The notes beneath the pieces are model-generated. The model saw only the letters and a program-made list of their open reading frames with translations, was not told the DNA's origin and did not search any database. This document shows positions 48,005-57,950 of a DNA stretch of 64,000 nucleotides, in pieces. Position 1 is the first letter of the stretch, and each line of letters opens with the position of its first letter. Source of the DNA: a virus; IMG/VR virus record IMGVR_UViG_3300044844_000506, positions 32,001 to 96,000 of that record. The stretch is one strand, 5' to 3'. The position numbers were made by a program, and so were the translations under genes.

Positions 48005-50791
48005 CTATAAACCTTCTAACTCTTCTGACTCATTATTTTTAACTTTTGCTAAAACATAAGGAGCAGGTTTCATATCGGCATTCTTAGTTAATGAAAAAGA
48101 TGAATGTATTTCATCTGGAGTTATAGTGTGTTTAAATCCTACTATATTCCAAACTCCGCTAAACATTCTAGATTGAATACTATTCATCGGTTTATTATAT
48201 GTCTGATCATAAACTTTTGCTTCATTTATAATCAGGTAAACAGGATAATTCATAACATGAGCCATCTTGTATATTTTAAAGAATGGAACGGTCTTGATAT
48301 TGGCTGTAAATGGAACACGATTTAATTTATTAAACAATTCTAACTGTCTTTTTAAGACGCTACTCTTGATTAATTCATTAGTTTTATATGAAATGCCCAC
48401 AGGTTTATCCCCTACAGTATTCATAACCATTTGAAATAATAAACTTTCACTTACTTCTGATTCAAATCCTTCTGGAACTTGACCGAAATCTGCTTGAATC
48501 TCTGTAGCATATCTAGCTATTTCATGTGGACTATACTTATTGGCTTGACCTATGTAGTCCTTAATTCTATACTCAATATTATCTACAGTATATTCTTTAC
48601 CCTTCATCAGTTCTTGTAAACCAGAAACAACATCACCTGCTGCTACCGAATAAGGAGATTCCATATCTAATAATGTTGGTGTGATTGCGCCATTAAGGAA
48701 ATTAAAGTAAGTTCCTTCTATATCAACATCAATTCCTAATATATTAGAGTTCTTTACACCATGTTTAAAGACAGGAATTCTAAGATTCTTTTTAGGATTA
48801 TCAACTATCTGACCATCAGGATCTTGATATGCATACTCATCAGGTAAACTGTATACTAAATTATCATAAGTATCTTCTTCTGTTCTTAAGTCTAATACTA
48901 TGGATCTCATTTCTTCTCTATAGTTATTATCCGTCATCCATACTGTATCAGTATTAAATAATCTACCTAAGTTTTGAGCAACTATATCTTCATTGCTTTT
49001 TTCTGTACCTGTAAATTGTGTAGCATAGAACCAGTTAGTTAAAAATCTACTTTCTCCATAAATAACTAAAGGCGAGGTTTGGTCAAACTCAAAATTTGGA
49101 CTTATATATCTTTGTAAAGTTTTTTCAATTAATTTAACTATTTCAACATCTGATTCATAAAATAAATCAAATGATTCTAGAGACTCGTCAGAATTAGTTT
49201 TTAATCCAAGTTCAATTTTACCTAATCCATCTAAAAAAGTTTCTGTCTCATTTAATGTAAATGTTACCACTGATTTACTTATAGCAGTTTGTAAATGAGG
49301 ATTTACTGTAGCTAAAAACATAGAGTCATCTAACACAATAGAAGATAACATATGATCTCTAAGTGCTTCATTGTAATCATTAATAAAATTAGCACCAGAA
49401 CTTTTATTTGTAAGAGTTTTAGTTAACGCCCCTGTCTCATCTGGCAACAAAGCAATTATTGGGCCATTCTCTGTTAGACCAAAATCTAATGGCTTTAAAA
49501 AATCATTTAAAGCATTTGCCGTATAGTAAAAAGATGTCCCCATAAACTCTTCAAAAGATCCAGTTTTATCTGTGCCAAATACTAACTTTTTTGCTTGAGC
49601 TTGTAAGTTTCTATCAATGTAATCTTGTAATACCATATCACCATAACCAACAGATAGATTCATTTGGCCTAACGTCATTAATCTTTCTTGAAAGTCTATA
49701 AGTACATTAGGTTTAGTATTTTTTATAGTTTTTTTATTAACTTCTATTTGCTCACGTTTTGCATTGTCTACATCAGGTAATAACACTAAAACATTTCTTT
49801 CAGGAACAGATAAGGATTTTGATAAATAATCTGTAATCACACCAGTGACAGTAGTATGTAAGCTCTTCTTAAGAGGATAAGAAGCGGTTATAGTTCTTCC
49901 CATACCTTTTATAATTATTTTTTCTTGAGAACTAGTAAATGTTCCTGTGTCTAATGCTGTATAGGATACTTTTAAAACTCTAATTCCCCCATCACCATTA
50001 TAGATATATTGAACTCCCTTTAATTGACCATAAACAGGACCAGCCCAAGCATCAGGATTATCCCCTACTCCATAATAAAAATATACTTCAGGTTGAATAT
50101 CTCTCTTTAGATCTTTTATTTGATTTCTTAGCTTTTCTCTATAACCTTCTGCTGACTTAGCTACTTCTTGAATTAATCTTTCTCTTAAAGTATCTCTGGT
50201 GTTAGCTAAGTTTTGTAATTCTTTTTGTGTTTTTTCTGTTTCCTGCTTTTCTAGCATTTCATAAGCTGGTAATATATCCAATAAGTTTATATCTTTACCA
50301 AACTGATTAGTAGAATCTTTAAATTGTTTTTTTCTTGAAAATGCTTCTAAATCATTTTGAATTTTAGATATAGCATAGTTAGTTTTTTTTAATTCATTAG
50401 ATACTTTTTTTACCTCATCAGTTAATTTATACTCACTCTTGTCTAATAATTCTGTTAATCTGTAATATTCTTCTGCTACCTTTTTATTAGATCCTAATAA
50501 ACTTTTTAATGGTAGTGCAAGTAAGTTAGATTCAAAAGTCTCTAATGGATCTATAAGTTCAACATCAATCTTAATTTCTTTTCCTGCACTTCCTTCAGAA
50601 TAACCTAAGCATTCATGAGTGAATGATAAAAAAGTATCTCCCTTATTATCAAATAGTACCCATTGATTTTCTCTAGCAAACTCAATAGTTTGACTAACAG
50701 TTTTATTACTGATTACTCTGGCTAAAGCAGGGGTTTTTAATAATGCAATAACATTGCCAGTTCCAATAGATCTATTAACAGGATAAGACAT
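48005..50791 (-). CDS. Baseplate hub-like protein with coiled-coil insertion
   Basis: C-terminal FSGVWNIVGFKHTI..SSFSL; position between gp53-like gene and spike. Confidence 0.6.
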   Translation of the reverse strand: MSYPVNRSIGTGNVIALLKTPALARVISNKTVSQTIEFARENQWVLFDNKGDTFLSFTHECLGYSEGSAGKEIKIDVELIDPLETFESNLLALPLKSLLGSNKKVAEEYYRLTELLDKSEYKLTDEVKKVSNELKKTNYAISKIQNDLEAFSRKKQFKDSTNQFGKDINLLDILPAYEMLEKQETEKTQKELQNLANTRDTLRERLIQEVAKSAEGYREKLRNQIKDLKRDIQPEVYFYYGVGDNPDAWAGPVYGQLKGVQYIYNGDGGIRVLKVSYTALDTGTFTSSQEKIIIKGMGRTITASYPLKKSLHTTVTGVITDYLSKSLSVPERNVLVLLPDVDNAKREQIEVNKKTIKNTKPNVLIDFQERLMTLGQMNLSVGYGDMVLQDYIDRNLQAQAKKLVFGTDKTGSFEEFMGTSFYYTANALNDFLKPLDFGLTENGPIIALLPDETGALTKTLTNKSSGANFINDYNEALRDHMLSSIVLDDSMFLATVNPHLQTAISKSVVTFTLNETETFLDGLGKIELGLKTNSDESLESFDLFYESDVEIVKLIEKTLQRYISPNFEFDQTSPLVIYGESRFLTNWFYATQFTGTEKSNEDIVAQNLGRLFNTDTVWMTDNNYREEMRSIVLDLRTEEDTYDNLVYSLPDEYAYQDPDGQIVDNPKKNLRIPVFKHGVKNSNILGIDVDIEGTYFNFLNGAITPTLLDMESPYSVAAGDVVSGLQELMKGKEYTVDNIEYRIKDYIGQANKYSPHEIARYATEIQADFGQVPEGFESEVSESLLFQMVMNTVGDKPVGISYKTNELIKSSVLKRQLELFNKLNRVPFTANIKTVPFFKIYKMAHVMNYPVYLIINEAKVYDQTYNKPMNSIQSRMFSGVWNIVGFKHTITPDEIHSSFSLTKNADMKPAPYVLAKVKNNESEELEGL

Positions 50792-50793
50792 AA

Positions 50794-51087
50794 TTATAAT
50801 TTAGGTATTTTGATTTGATCCCCGACATTTAAACCCTCAAAAGGATCTGAAATGTTATTAACTAACATTATTAACCACCAGTAACCTACAGAACCATAGA
50901 ATACTTGAGATATAATATCTGGTCTATGTTGTGCTCCTGCTGGAATGTATCCCACCTCATATTCAAATTGAGTATCTAAGTTTTCCACAAACTTATCATA
51001 TGTATTAGATCCTAATGTTGTATAAATCGTTTGATTATTATGCAACATTTGAACTTTTCCAAAATCTAATCTATTTTTACTTATCAT
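50794..51087 (-). CDS. gp53: Baseplate wedge gp53 / LysM-like protein
   Basis: RPDIISQVFYG..YWWLIMLVNNISDPF..GDQIKIP. Confidence 0.9.
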   Translation of the reverse strand: MISKNRLDFGKVQMLHNNQTIYTTLGSNTYDKFVENLDTQFEYEVGYIPAGAQHRPDIISQVFYGSVGYWWLIMLVNNISDPFEGLNVGDQIKIPKL

Positions 51088-51090
51088 TCA

Positions 51091-51957
51091 TTAACCCTCA
51101 CTGCTTTTTATAGGAAGAGGATCCATAGTTACAGAATACTTAGAATCTGGCTTAATAATAGCTTCCCAGCCTATTATATTATCTCTTGCTATTGGAGTAT
51201 TAGGCTCATAATCTGCGAAGTTGCCATGACGTAATTCCATTAAATCTAATGATACGTTTATTATTCTAGGAAGTAATGTGGCATTATCAAGTCCAGCATC
51301 ATCATCTTTGTCTATGGTGTAACCATTGCATAAACAAGGTACACCTTGGTACATTACACCATGTGTAATTCTTATTATTGGTGGACCTTGATATACTGTT
51401 GTGGAATTATTAACCACAGATGCTCTGATTAAGTTCAACCAATATACTATCACATCTATAATTTTACGATTAAATATGTTCAGGGATGCTGGGGATTCTT
51501 CATCAAAAAAAACAAATCCACCTAAGTTAACCTTTGGTGGTGGTGATACTAAAGTTAAGTAATCATTATTAAACGCTTGTGCATCTGCATTAGTTACTTT
51601 ATAATTATAATTATCCGAAGGTTTACTTCCTACTTTAAAATCTTGTTTAGTTATTGTACCATCAGATTTAGAGTTCTTAGAAAAAGTAAGAGAAACTAAA
51701 TCTTTAGATACCATCTCTTGAATTAGAGGTAAAGTAATTTTAAAATCTAGTTTAATTTGTTTAGCATCTGAACCTGTGTAAGATACTATAGGACTTGATC
51801 TTCCTAGTGGTTGATACTTAACATAATTTGCTTTTTTTGATTCTGAAATATTTATATTTTCAAAAAAAGGTAATACCCTAATATCACCTCCAGGAAACTC
51901 AAAAGTGATTTTACTACGTTCTTCTAATTTTTGATTTAATCTACCTTTTAATACCAT
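51091..51957 (-). CDS. Tail tube initiator (gp48/gp54-like)
   Basis: ISESKKANY, GRSSPI..Y, PPIIRI..G, LPR. Confidence 0.75.
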   Translation of the reverse strand: MVLKGRLNQKLEERSKITFEFPGGDIRVLPFFENINISESKKANYVKYQPLGRSSPIVSYTGSDAKQIKLDFKITLPLIQEMVSKDLVSLTFSKNSKSDGTITKQDFKVGSKPSDNYNYKVTNADAQAFNNDYLTLVSPPPKVNLGGFVFFDEESPASLNIFNRKIIDVIVYWLNLIRASVVNNSTTVYQGPPIIRITHGVMYQGVPCLCNGYTIDKDDDAGLDNATLLPRIINVSLDLMELRHGNFADYEPNTPIARDNIIGWEAIIKPDSKYSVTMDPLPIKSSEG

Positions 51958-51964
51958 AATTTAC

Positions 51965-54031
51965 CTATTCTGATTGTCTTACCCCTGTGAGAGGTGTTTT
52001 TCTTGTTTCAGCCTTTGGTCTAGTTTGAGCAGCTATTTTTTCCGTAGCTTCCGTCTGTCTTCTTGCTAATTCTAATCTTTCTTGATCCATTTCCCAATCA
52101 TTTCTCAAATCAGCAGCTTCCACATCACCTCTTTTTCTTCCATTTGGAGCGTAAGTGAAATCAGGGGTTCCGTCTGAATACCTTCCACCAGCAAAATCTG
52201 CAAGATCTCCTCCATCTGGACCACCAGTCCAAGTTGTAAGCTCAACCTCTTTATTTCCAGATCGGGCTTTTTGTTGTTGTATATTCTTAGCACCTTGATT
52301 TTTTAATTCCTCAAGGTCTAATGATTTGTTAAGTTCCGAAATTTGTTCTTTAGTATTAGCTTGAGATTGTAATGAATCTGTAAGTTTCGAAATTTGTTTT
52401 TGAGCATCAGCTTGTTGGAAAGTTTTTTGTGCCCTTATTTTTTGTAATTGATTTCGTTTAGTATCATATTCTAAATTTCTTTCAATCATACTAGCTTTAG
52501 CTTGGTTAGCTGCTTCTTGATTTTGTTTTAATTTATCTTCTATAGATTGTAATCTGTCTGCCTCTTTTTTATCTGCTTTTTCTACAAGGTCCATTATACC
52601 ACCAACAATAGCTATAGTACCTCCTACAACAAATGCACCTTTTGCAAATTTTCCTACATTCTTTAATAGAGATCCTGCTTTAAAAACATTTTTTCCAGAT
52701 GCTTCAGCAGCTTTTTCTAGTGCACCTTCTGCTGCTTCTGTTGCGGCTTCTGCTGCCGCTTCTGCTGCTTCTGTTGCAGCTTTTGCTTTTCCTCCTTTGT
52801 TTAATACTTTTCCGAGTATTCCTCTACCTTCTTTACCTAGTGAATAAGTTTTAGATGCTAATTTAAGTCCTTCTGCTGCTGATATAGCTATTATAAGAGT
52901 TTTTAATAAATCTCTCTGCTCTACAGCAACATCAATCATTGAATCTGTTCCATTATATAAAAACTCTTGTTGCTTACTAAAAGTCTCATCAATAGAAGTT
53001 TGAAGTGTCTGATTCGCTTTTTTTCTATCAGCCTCGTCTCTTGGTTGTCTTTGCTCAATTTTTGACATAGCATTAGCCATAAGACCTAATTTACCAAACA
53101 TATCTTCCGTTACAGCCAATCCTTGTACAGCTAAGTTATTCCCTGAAATAGCTGTCTTATTAAATGTTCTGGTGGTTTCTGCCGCTTTATTAGCTATCGT
53201 AGTTAATAGTCTAGCTTGTTCTTCTGGATTAGAAGATTTTAAAAATTTATCTACTTCTTGTTCAATACCTAATCTAACTTGATTAGGTAATGATTCTATG
53301 GTTGTCATTTCAGAAACGAACTGAGCTAAACTTTCTTCTGAACCTTCACCTAATTGAGCAGCCGCAATAGCTATTCCTTCTTGAAATGATCCTGCGGTAT
53401 CTAATAAATTAAACTTAAGTAACTCCCCTTGAACCCCTTCTAAAGCAGCAACTATAGTTTCAGTTTTAGTTCCATAAGTTGCTGAATTTGTTGAAACTGT
53501 TTTAGCTAAATTAGATAACTCCTCATTAGTCATACCTCCAAGTACCTGACTTTTTCTCATAGCACCAAACATTCTACGAGAATCTTGGTTTGTAAGAATC
53601 ATGGTTGCCCCTAATTCTCTCATGCTATCTGGGAGATCAACAAAACCTGCCTCTAAACCTTGTAAGTTAGATTCTACTTGCTTTAAAAATCCACCAGTCC
53701 CTTGTATAAACTTTTCTTCCTTTCCTTTAGTTAAATCTCTAGAAGTTCTACCAAACGCTAAGGCTCTAGTTCGGTCTTCTATAGACTTAAACCCTGCTGC
53801 GGTAAGCTGTTTAAGCATTTGACCTGAACCAATAGGATTCATTGTAGCAGCATAATAATTAAGTCGTTGCTTAGATAATAATGAACCTAATTGTAATTCT
53901 TTTTTAAGTTGTTTTTCTTTCTCTCTACCTAATTTTAGGTTTTCTATTTCTCTACGAATTTCCTCTTTCTTGATCTGAGTCTCAAGTTTTTTTATGCGTT
54001 TTTCATCAATTTCTTCTGGTGTTGGAGCCAT
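51965..54031 (-). CDS. Tape measure protein
   Basis: Helical A/K/E-rich, hydrophobic segment, upstream of tube initiator. Confidence 0.7.
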   Translation of the reverse strand: MAPTPEEIDEKRIKKLETQIKKEEIRREIENLKLGREKEKQLKKELQLGSLLSKQRLNYYAATMNPIGSGQMLKQLTAAGFKSIEDRTRALAFGRTSRDLTKGKEEKFIQGTGGFLKQVESNLQGLEAGFVDLPDSMRELGATMILTNQDSRRMFGAMRKSQVLGGMTNEELSNLAKTVSTNSATYGTKTETIVAALEGVQGELLKFNLLDTAGSFQEGIAIAAAQLGEGSEESLAQFVSEMTTIESLPNQVRLGIEQEVDKFLKSSNPEEQARLLTTIANKAAETTRTFNKTAISGNNLAVQGLAVTEDMFGKLGLMANAMSKIEQRQPRDEADRKKANQTLQTSIDETFSKQQEFLYNGTDSMIDVAVEQRDLLKTLIIAISAAEGLKLASKTYSLGKEGRGILGKVLNKGGKAKAATEAAEAAAEAATEAAEGALEKAAEASGKNVFKAGSLLKNVGKFAKGAFVVGGTIAIVGGIMDLVEKADKKEADRLQSIEDKLKQNQEAANQAKASMIERNLEYDTKRNQLQKIRAQKTFQQADAQKQISKLTDSLQSQANTKEQISELNKSLDLEELKNQGAKNIQQQKARSGNKEVELTTWTGGPDGGDLADFAGGRYSDGTPDFTYAPNGRKRGDVEAADLRNDWEMDQERLELARRQTEATEKIAAQTRPKAETRKTPLTGVRQSE
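52722..52785 (-). repeat. Low-complexity coding repeat (AATEAAEAAAEAATEAAE)
   Basis: Imperfect GCTGCTTCTG repeats. Confidence 0.6.
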
Positions 54032-54618
54032 TATTTTTTCTTACCCTTTTTAATTGTATAAGCCTTTTTAGCAGGAGAAGATTTCTTAGTTTGCTTCTTG
54101 ACGGTAAATTCGAATGTGGATTCTTCTTCCTCGTCTTCTTTTTGTCTAATGTAGTCTTCGGAGTATTCTGTTAAGGCTTCTATATCGTCTTGAGGTAGCT
54201 TTTTAACTACAAGATAAATCTTGTTAAGCTCTCTCATACTATTTAGCTTATAAGTGCGATAATTTAAAGATCCTAATAATGCCACTAAACCCTCTTGAAC
54301 TGCCTGTCTTTCAGCTAATGCTGGTTTATTATAAAGTTTTCTTAGTATAAAACTAGTGACGAAAGTAGGTGCTTGTTCTATCCTAAAACAAGATAAAAGT
54401 TTATTTCCACGTTCAGATACATACCCTATTCTACCTAAATCATTTTTAACTACTAAGCAAAACCTAAATCCTGTATAACCATCTATAAGATTATACTTAA
54501 AAGCAATCACATTTCCAGGTCTTAAGAATGCATAAGATGGAGTAAGAGCAGTAGTTTCAAACTCTTCTTGATTTAATTTCTTTAAAATAGATCTGATTTC
54601 TTTATTTAATTTAGCCAT
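54031..54618 (-). CDS. Hypothetical protein, possibly T4 gp2 (DNA end protector)-like
   Basis: PGNVIAFKY..LVV..YRTY weakly resembles gp2; function uncertain. Confidence 0.5.
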   Translation of the reverse strand: MAKLNKEIRSILKKLNQEEFETTALTPSYAFLRPGNVIAFKYNLIDGYTGFRFCLVVKNDLGRIGYVSERGNKLLSCFRIEQAPTFVTSFILRKLYNKPALAERQAVQEGLVALLGSLNYRTYKLNSMRELNKIYLVVKKLPQDDIEALTEYSEDYIRQKEDEEEESTFEFTVKKQTKKSSPAKKAYTIKKGKKK

Positions 54619-54638
54619 AGGATCTCTATTATATTTAG

Positions 54639-54932
54639 ATGGATTCTATAGAAGCTGAATTAATAGATTTAATAGATTTGCTAAATTATACACTAAGTGA
54701 TCAGTTTGTTGAGGCTTGGAGATATAAGTTTAGTGAAAAATTTATTAGACAGTTTCAATTAAAAGTTTTAACAACTTTAAAAGACAATAAACCAATTAAA
54801 ATTAAAACTTTAACTTATTTTTTAAGAAAAAATAACAAGTATTCCCCTGAACAGATAAAAAACTTCTACAGATCCATAAACATATCTTTATATAACCCCA
54901 TCATTCAAGGAAACATTCATGACGCTTTTTGA
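54639..54932 (+). CDS. Hypothetical protein
   Basis: 97-aa ORF with TATTAT 6 nt upstream. Confidence 0.65.
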   Translation: MDSIEAELIDLIDLLNYTLSDQFVEAWRYKFSEKFIRQFQLKVLTTLKDNKPIKIKTLTYFLRKNNKYSPEQIKNFYRSINISLYNPIIQGNIHDAF

Positions 54933-55059
54933 TAACGATTGGCTAGATTTAAACTTTAAACTAGATTATATAGAAAGTAGAGAACCAGGGTTAGGTGGTT
55001 GTCTTGTTTTGTGTTTCTTTGCTGCTGCTGCTATTTGCCTCGTTAGTACTCTGTTTTGA
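54919..55059 (+). CDS. 46-aa putative membrane peptide (not in ORF track)
   Basis: AAGGA SD; MTLFDNDWLDLNFKLDYIESREPGLGGCLVLCFFAAAAICLVSTLF. Confidence 0.45.
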   Translation: MTLFDNDWLDLNFKLDYIESREPGLGGCLVLCFFAAAAICLVSTLF

Positions 55060-55821
55060 TCTGGTTTCTTTATTCTCTTGAATCAAGCGGATAATAGTAT
55101 TCTGATCCGTAAATAGTGGGCATACATATTTAAACCCACACCAATCGCAAAACCGATTTCTAATAGGCTGGAAATCGGCTTTAGCTTTTTTTCTAATTGT
55201 CCAAACCTCATTCTTGATGTCTTGGATGAATTTAGACACTTGAGGATATTGGAAAGTTACATAAACAAAATTACCTGTAATAGGATAAAAGTGTCCACAG
55301 GTAATTTTGTTTATTGGAACATTCCAATTTTTACTAATCGAAACAGCATAGCCTATTAGCTGCTTATCAGTAAAAAGCTCTAACTTAGTCTTTTCTCTCT
55401 TACTAGTTTTATAGTCTACAATCATGATAGAGCCGTCTTCAGCTTTAAGAACTCTATCTATAATACCGATATAAGCAAAGTCATCAATCTTTAACTCTTC
55501 GTTTAGCTCAATCCCGACAGTTTGTGCCTTTGAAATCTTAGAATTAAACTCAAAGAAGTTTTTTAGACACTTTGGAATAACCTTGTCGTAATCCTGATCG
55601 TACTTATAAGTTGGCTTAACTTCTTCAGCTATCTTAGTTAAATCTTCTAAGGAACTGGTGTTTACTCCCAACTCAAAGACTTTATGGATGTAGCTTCCAA
55701 AAGCCATAGCAGTGTCGCTTCTCTGCTCTGGCATCTTTTCATGATACCTCACATAGTACTTGTAAGGACATTCCCTGTAGTTATCTAGTTTGCTATTACT
55801 TGCTTGTACGATGAAGACCAT
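54991..55821 (-). CDS. RecB/AddB/Cas4-like PD-(D/E)XK exonuclease with Fe-S cysteines
   Basis: ECPYKY, FGSYIH, GIIDRV, IVDYKTS, QL..Y, CDWC..VCP. Confidence 0.9.
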   Translation of the reverse strand: MVFIVQASNSKLDNYRECPYKYYVRYHEKMPEQRSDTAMAFGSYIHKVFELGVNTSSLEDLTKIAEEVKPTYKYDQDYDKVIPKCLKNFFEFNSKISKAQTVGIELNEELKIDDFAYIGIIDRVLKAEDGSIMIVDYKTSKREKTKLELFTDKQLIGYAVSISKNWNVPINKITCGHFYPITGNFVYVTFQYPQVSKFIQDIKNEVWTIRKKAKADFQPIRNRFCDWCGFKYVCPLFTDQNTIIRLIQENKETRSKQSTNEANSSSSKETQNKTTT

Positions 55822-55842
55822 GCTTTTGTTACCTTTGGTTAC

Positions 55843-55854
55843 ATATAATTATAT
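55843..55854. promoter_or_regulatory. Perfect palindrome ATATAATTATAT giving TATAAT on both strands
   Basis: In 34-bp spacer between exonuclease and primase. Confidence 0.55.
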
Positions 55855-55855
55855 T

Positions 55856-56851
55856 ATGAACTCCATAAACTTAGTTGACTTTCTAGAGCCTTATCTGGTA
55901 TCTAAGTTTACTAACTATAAACTTTCTGGTCAGAATTTTATGACTAATTGTCCTTTCTGTGACGATTATAAAAGAAAGCTAGGAGTTCATCTTGATACTG
56001 GTCAATACCATTGTTTTATTTGTGATGCTAGGGGAGAGTTTGTTAGCTTATACTCTAAGCTGGAAAACATCTCTGTATTTCAAGCTCAGATACAGCTAAA
56101 TTATAAGACTTTCTTAGCAAAACCAAAAGAAGCTAACGCTAAGAAAGTTGTATCAATAAATTCTATCGAAGACGAGATTAACACCTTCGATACTGTGACT
56201 TTAGAATCTTTTGACAGTCCTGATTCTTTAGTTCAACAAGCATGGTGTTACCTATATTCTCGGAAGCTATTCGATTTACATAATCTAGATAATAATAGCT
56301 TCTATATTGGTAGACAGGGGAAATTTGACAACCGTCTAATAATACCTTATATCTACAAACAACATATTCTCTACTTTCAAGGTCGATCACTACTTGAAGG
56401 AGTAAAACCAAAGTATCTAAGTCTAGATGCATCTTACGGAGTTCGCGCCGCAGATATTCTTTATCCTTTTGAATTAAACTCAAAGGAAGTAGTAGTTTGT
56501 GAGGGTCCGATTGATGCTCGTTCATTACAACTTAGAGGAGTAAACGCTACCTGCACAACAGGATGCTCTATGTCCAACAACCAGATTGAAATTCTTAAGA
56601 ACTGGGGAGGAAAAATCATCATCGGTTACGATAATGATAAAGCAGGACTTAGAGGCATTGAAGAGGTTGATAAGTTGAGAAGGAAAAAGAATATGCCACC
56701 TATTCACGTTTGTCATCCTCCAAAGCAGCATAAAGATTGGAATGCCGCACATATAGAAAATGTCAACCTTAGTGAGTGGGTGGCATCAAATACGTTTGAA
56801 TATAAATTTGAAAATATTATAGAAGAAAAATTACGTCAGTTGGAAATGTAA
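55856..56851 (+). CDS. DNA primase (Zn finger plus TOPRIM)
   Basis: CPFC..CFIC, RLIIP, FQGR, PKYL, CEGPID, YDND.AG, KDWN; start re-placed at MNSINL. Confidence 0.92.
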   Translation: MNSINLVDFLEPYLVSKFTNYKLSGQNFMTNCPFCDDYKRKLGVHLDTGQYHCFICDARGEFVSLYSKLENISVFQAQIQLNYKTFLAKPKEANAKKVVSINSIEDEINTFDTVTLESFDSPDSLVQQAWCYLYSRKLFDLHNLDNNSFYIGRQGKFDNRLIIPYIYKQHILYFQGRSLLEGVKPKYLSLDASYGVRAADILYPFELNSKEVVVCEGPIDARSLQLRGVNATCTTGCSMSNNQIEILKNWGGKIIIGYDNDKAGLRGIEEVDKLRRKKNMPPIHVCHPPKQHKDWNAAHIENVNLSEWVASNTFEYKFENIIEEKLRQLEM

Positions 56852-57760
56852 TAAGTCTGTAACAAATGTTTGATTTAGTATATCAAACTTAGCTTGTAGA
56901 GCGTATGTTCCAACAACCGATCCCATATTACCTGCAAGAGCTTCTGGATGTGTTGCAAGAGCATTAGTATCAAAGTTGAAGACTAATGTATTATCGCTTG
57001 TAATTTCTATAGTAGAGCTAGTTTGTGCAAAAGACGATACTGTAACCTGTGCTGGTAAGTTTGGTGTTCCGTCGTTAATTTTTAGTATCTTAAATTGAGG
57101 ATTCTGTATTACGCTATCTCGGAAGATATTCTTAACTTCCTGAGGTAGATCTGTATTTCCTATAGTAATATCTGTTCCAACTTTTAAATCGACTTTTGAT
57201 CCTAATCTTAGATACTTAGGATGTAATTGGTTTCTAACTGTAAGTAGTAGTGGCTCATTTAATGTATAGAATGTATCATTAAATAAGTGGAACTTTTGAA
57301 TTATTGTCTGCCAAGACCCTGATTGGAATAGCTTGGCAGTCCATACGGCAATATAGTCACCAACTGCGCTGGCGCTGTTTGCTACAGTGCTTCCTTCGTA
57401 AACACCTGATAGAGATGCTCCACCATCAAGAACTACAGCGTAGAGTCCTGTAGAAATCTTGAAAATACCACTAGCTGTAGACCCTGGAGTATAATTAGAA
57501 GCGTTAAATGCTGAGTTAGAAGTTAGAGTAGATGAATTAGCAAAATTCATCTTAGGAGTTAATCCAGATGTTAAAAGATTATCTGAGTTTAATACAGTAT
57601 CAGGATAAGTATTAGAAGATAGATCAAAGATAGTTATAGAAGAAATCTGGTAAGGATCCGTATAGATTCCACCATTTAAAAAGTAAGCACGGATACCTAC
57701 CTTCTGTAAAACAGAAGGTCTATTATTAACATCTACTATAGAATAACCGTTTATCTGCAT
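56831..57760 (-). CDS. Hypothetical beta-rich structural protein
   Basis: S/T/N-rich composition, late-gene orientation. Confidence 0.65.
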   Translation of the reverse strand: MQINGYSIVDVNNRPSVLQKVGIRAYFLNGGIYTDPYQISSITIFDLSSNTYPDTVLNSDNLLTSGLTPKMNFANSSTLTSNSAFNASNYTPGSTASGIFKISTGLYAVVLDGGASLSGVYEGSTVANSASAVGDYIAVWTAKLFQSGSWQTIIQKFHLFNDTFYTLNEPLLLTVRNQLHPKYLRLGSKVDLKVGTDITIGNTDLPQEVKNIFRDSVIQNPQFKILKINDGTPNLPAQVTVSSFAQTSSTIEITSDNTLVFNFDTNALATHPEALAGNMGSVVGTYALQAKFDILNQTFVTDLLHFQLT

Positions 57761-57761
57761 A

Positions 57762-57950
57762 TTACTTCTTCATGTATTCTAGCTTCTTTTTACACTCTTC
57801 ATGATAAAAGTCTATAAATAAACTTCTTTCAAGATAAGTAAGATCTTTTATATCTTTAAAACTGGAAAATCCAACTTTACTTATCAATATATAGGCTTCT
57901 TCATACAGATCTTTTAAGTTTAAATTATTAATTAGCTGATTGAAAAAAAA
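57762..57950 (-). CDS. gp51-like baseplate hub chaperone region, reachable by -1 frameshift from gp26
   Basis: 62 open codons, no usable ATG: LYEEAYILISKVGFSSFKDIKDLTYLERSLFIDF. Confidence 0.75.
   Translation of the reverse strand, partial: FFFNQLINNLNLKDLYEEAYILISKVGFSSFKDIKDLTYLERSLFIDFYHEECKKKLEYMKK

Noticed and set aside
25067-54031. PAAR / spike / sheath / tube as T6SS or eCIS
   Set aside because: Capsid, protease, scaffold, neck and replication genes show a complete phage
54991-55821. Cas4-like gene as part of a CRISPR system
   Set aside because: No repeat-spacer array or other cas genes seen; standalone phage exonuclease
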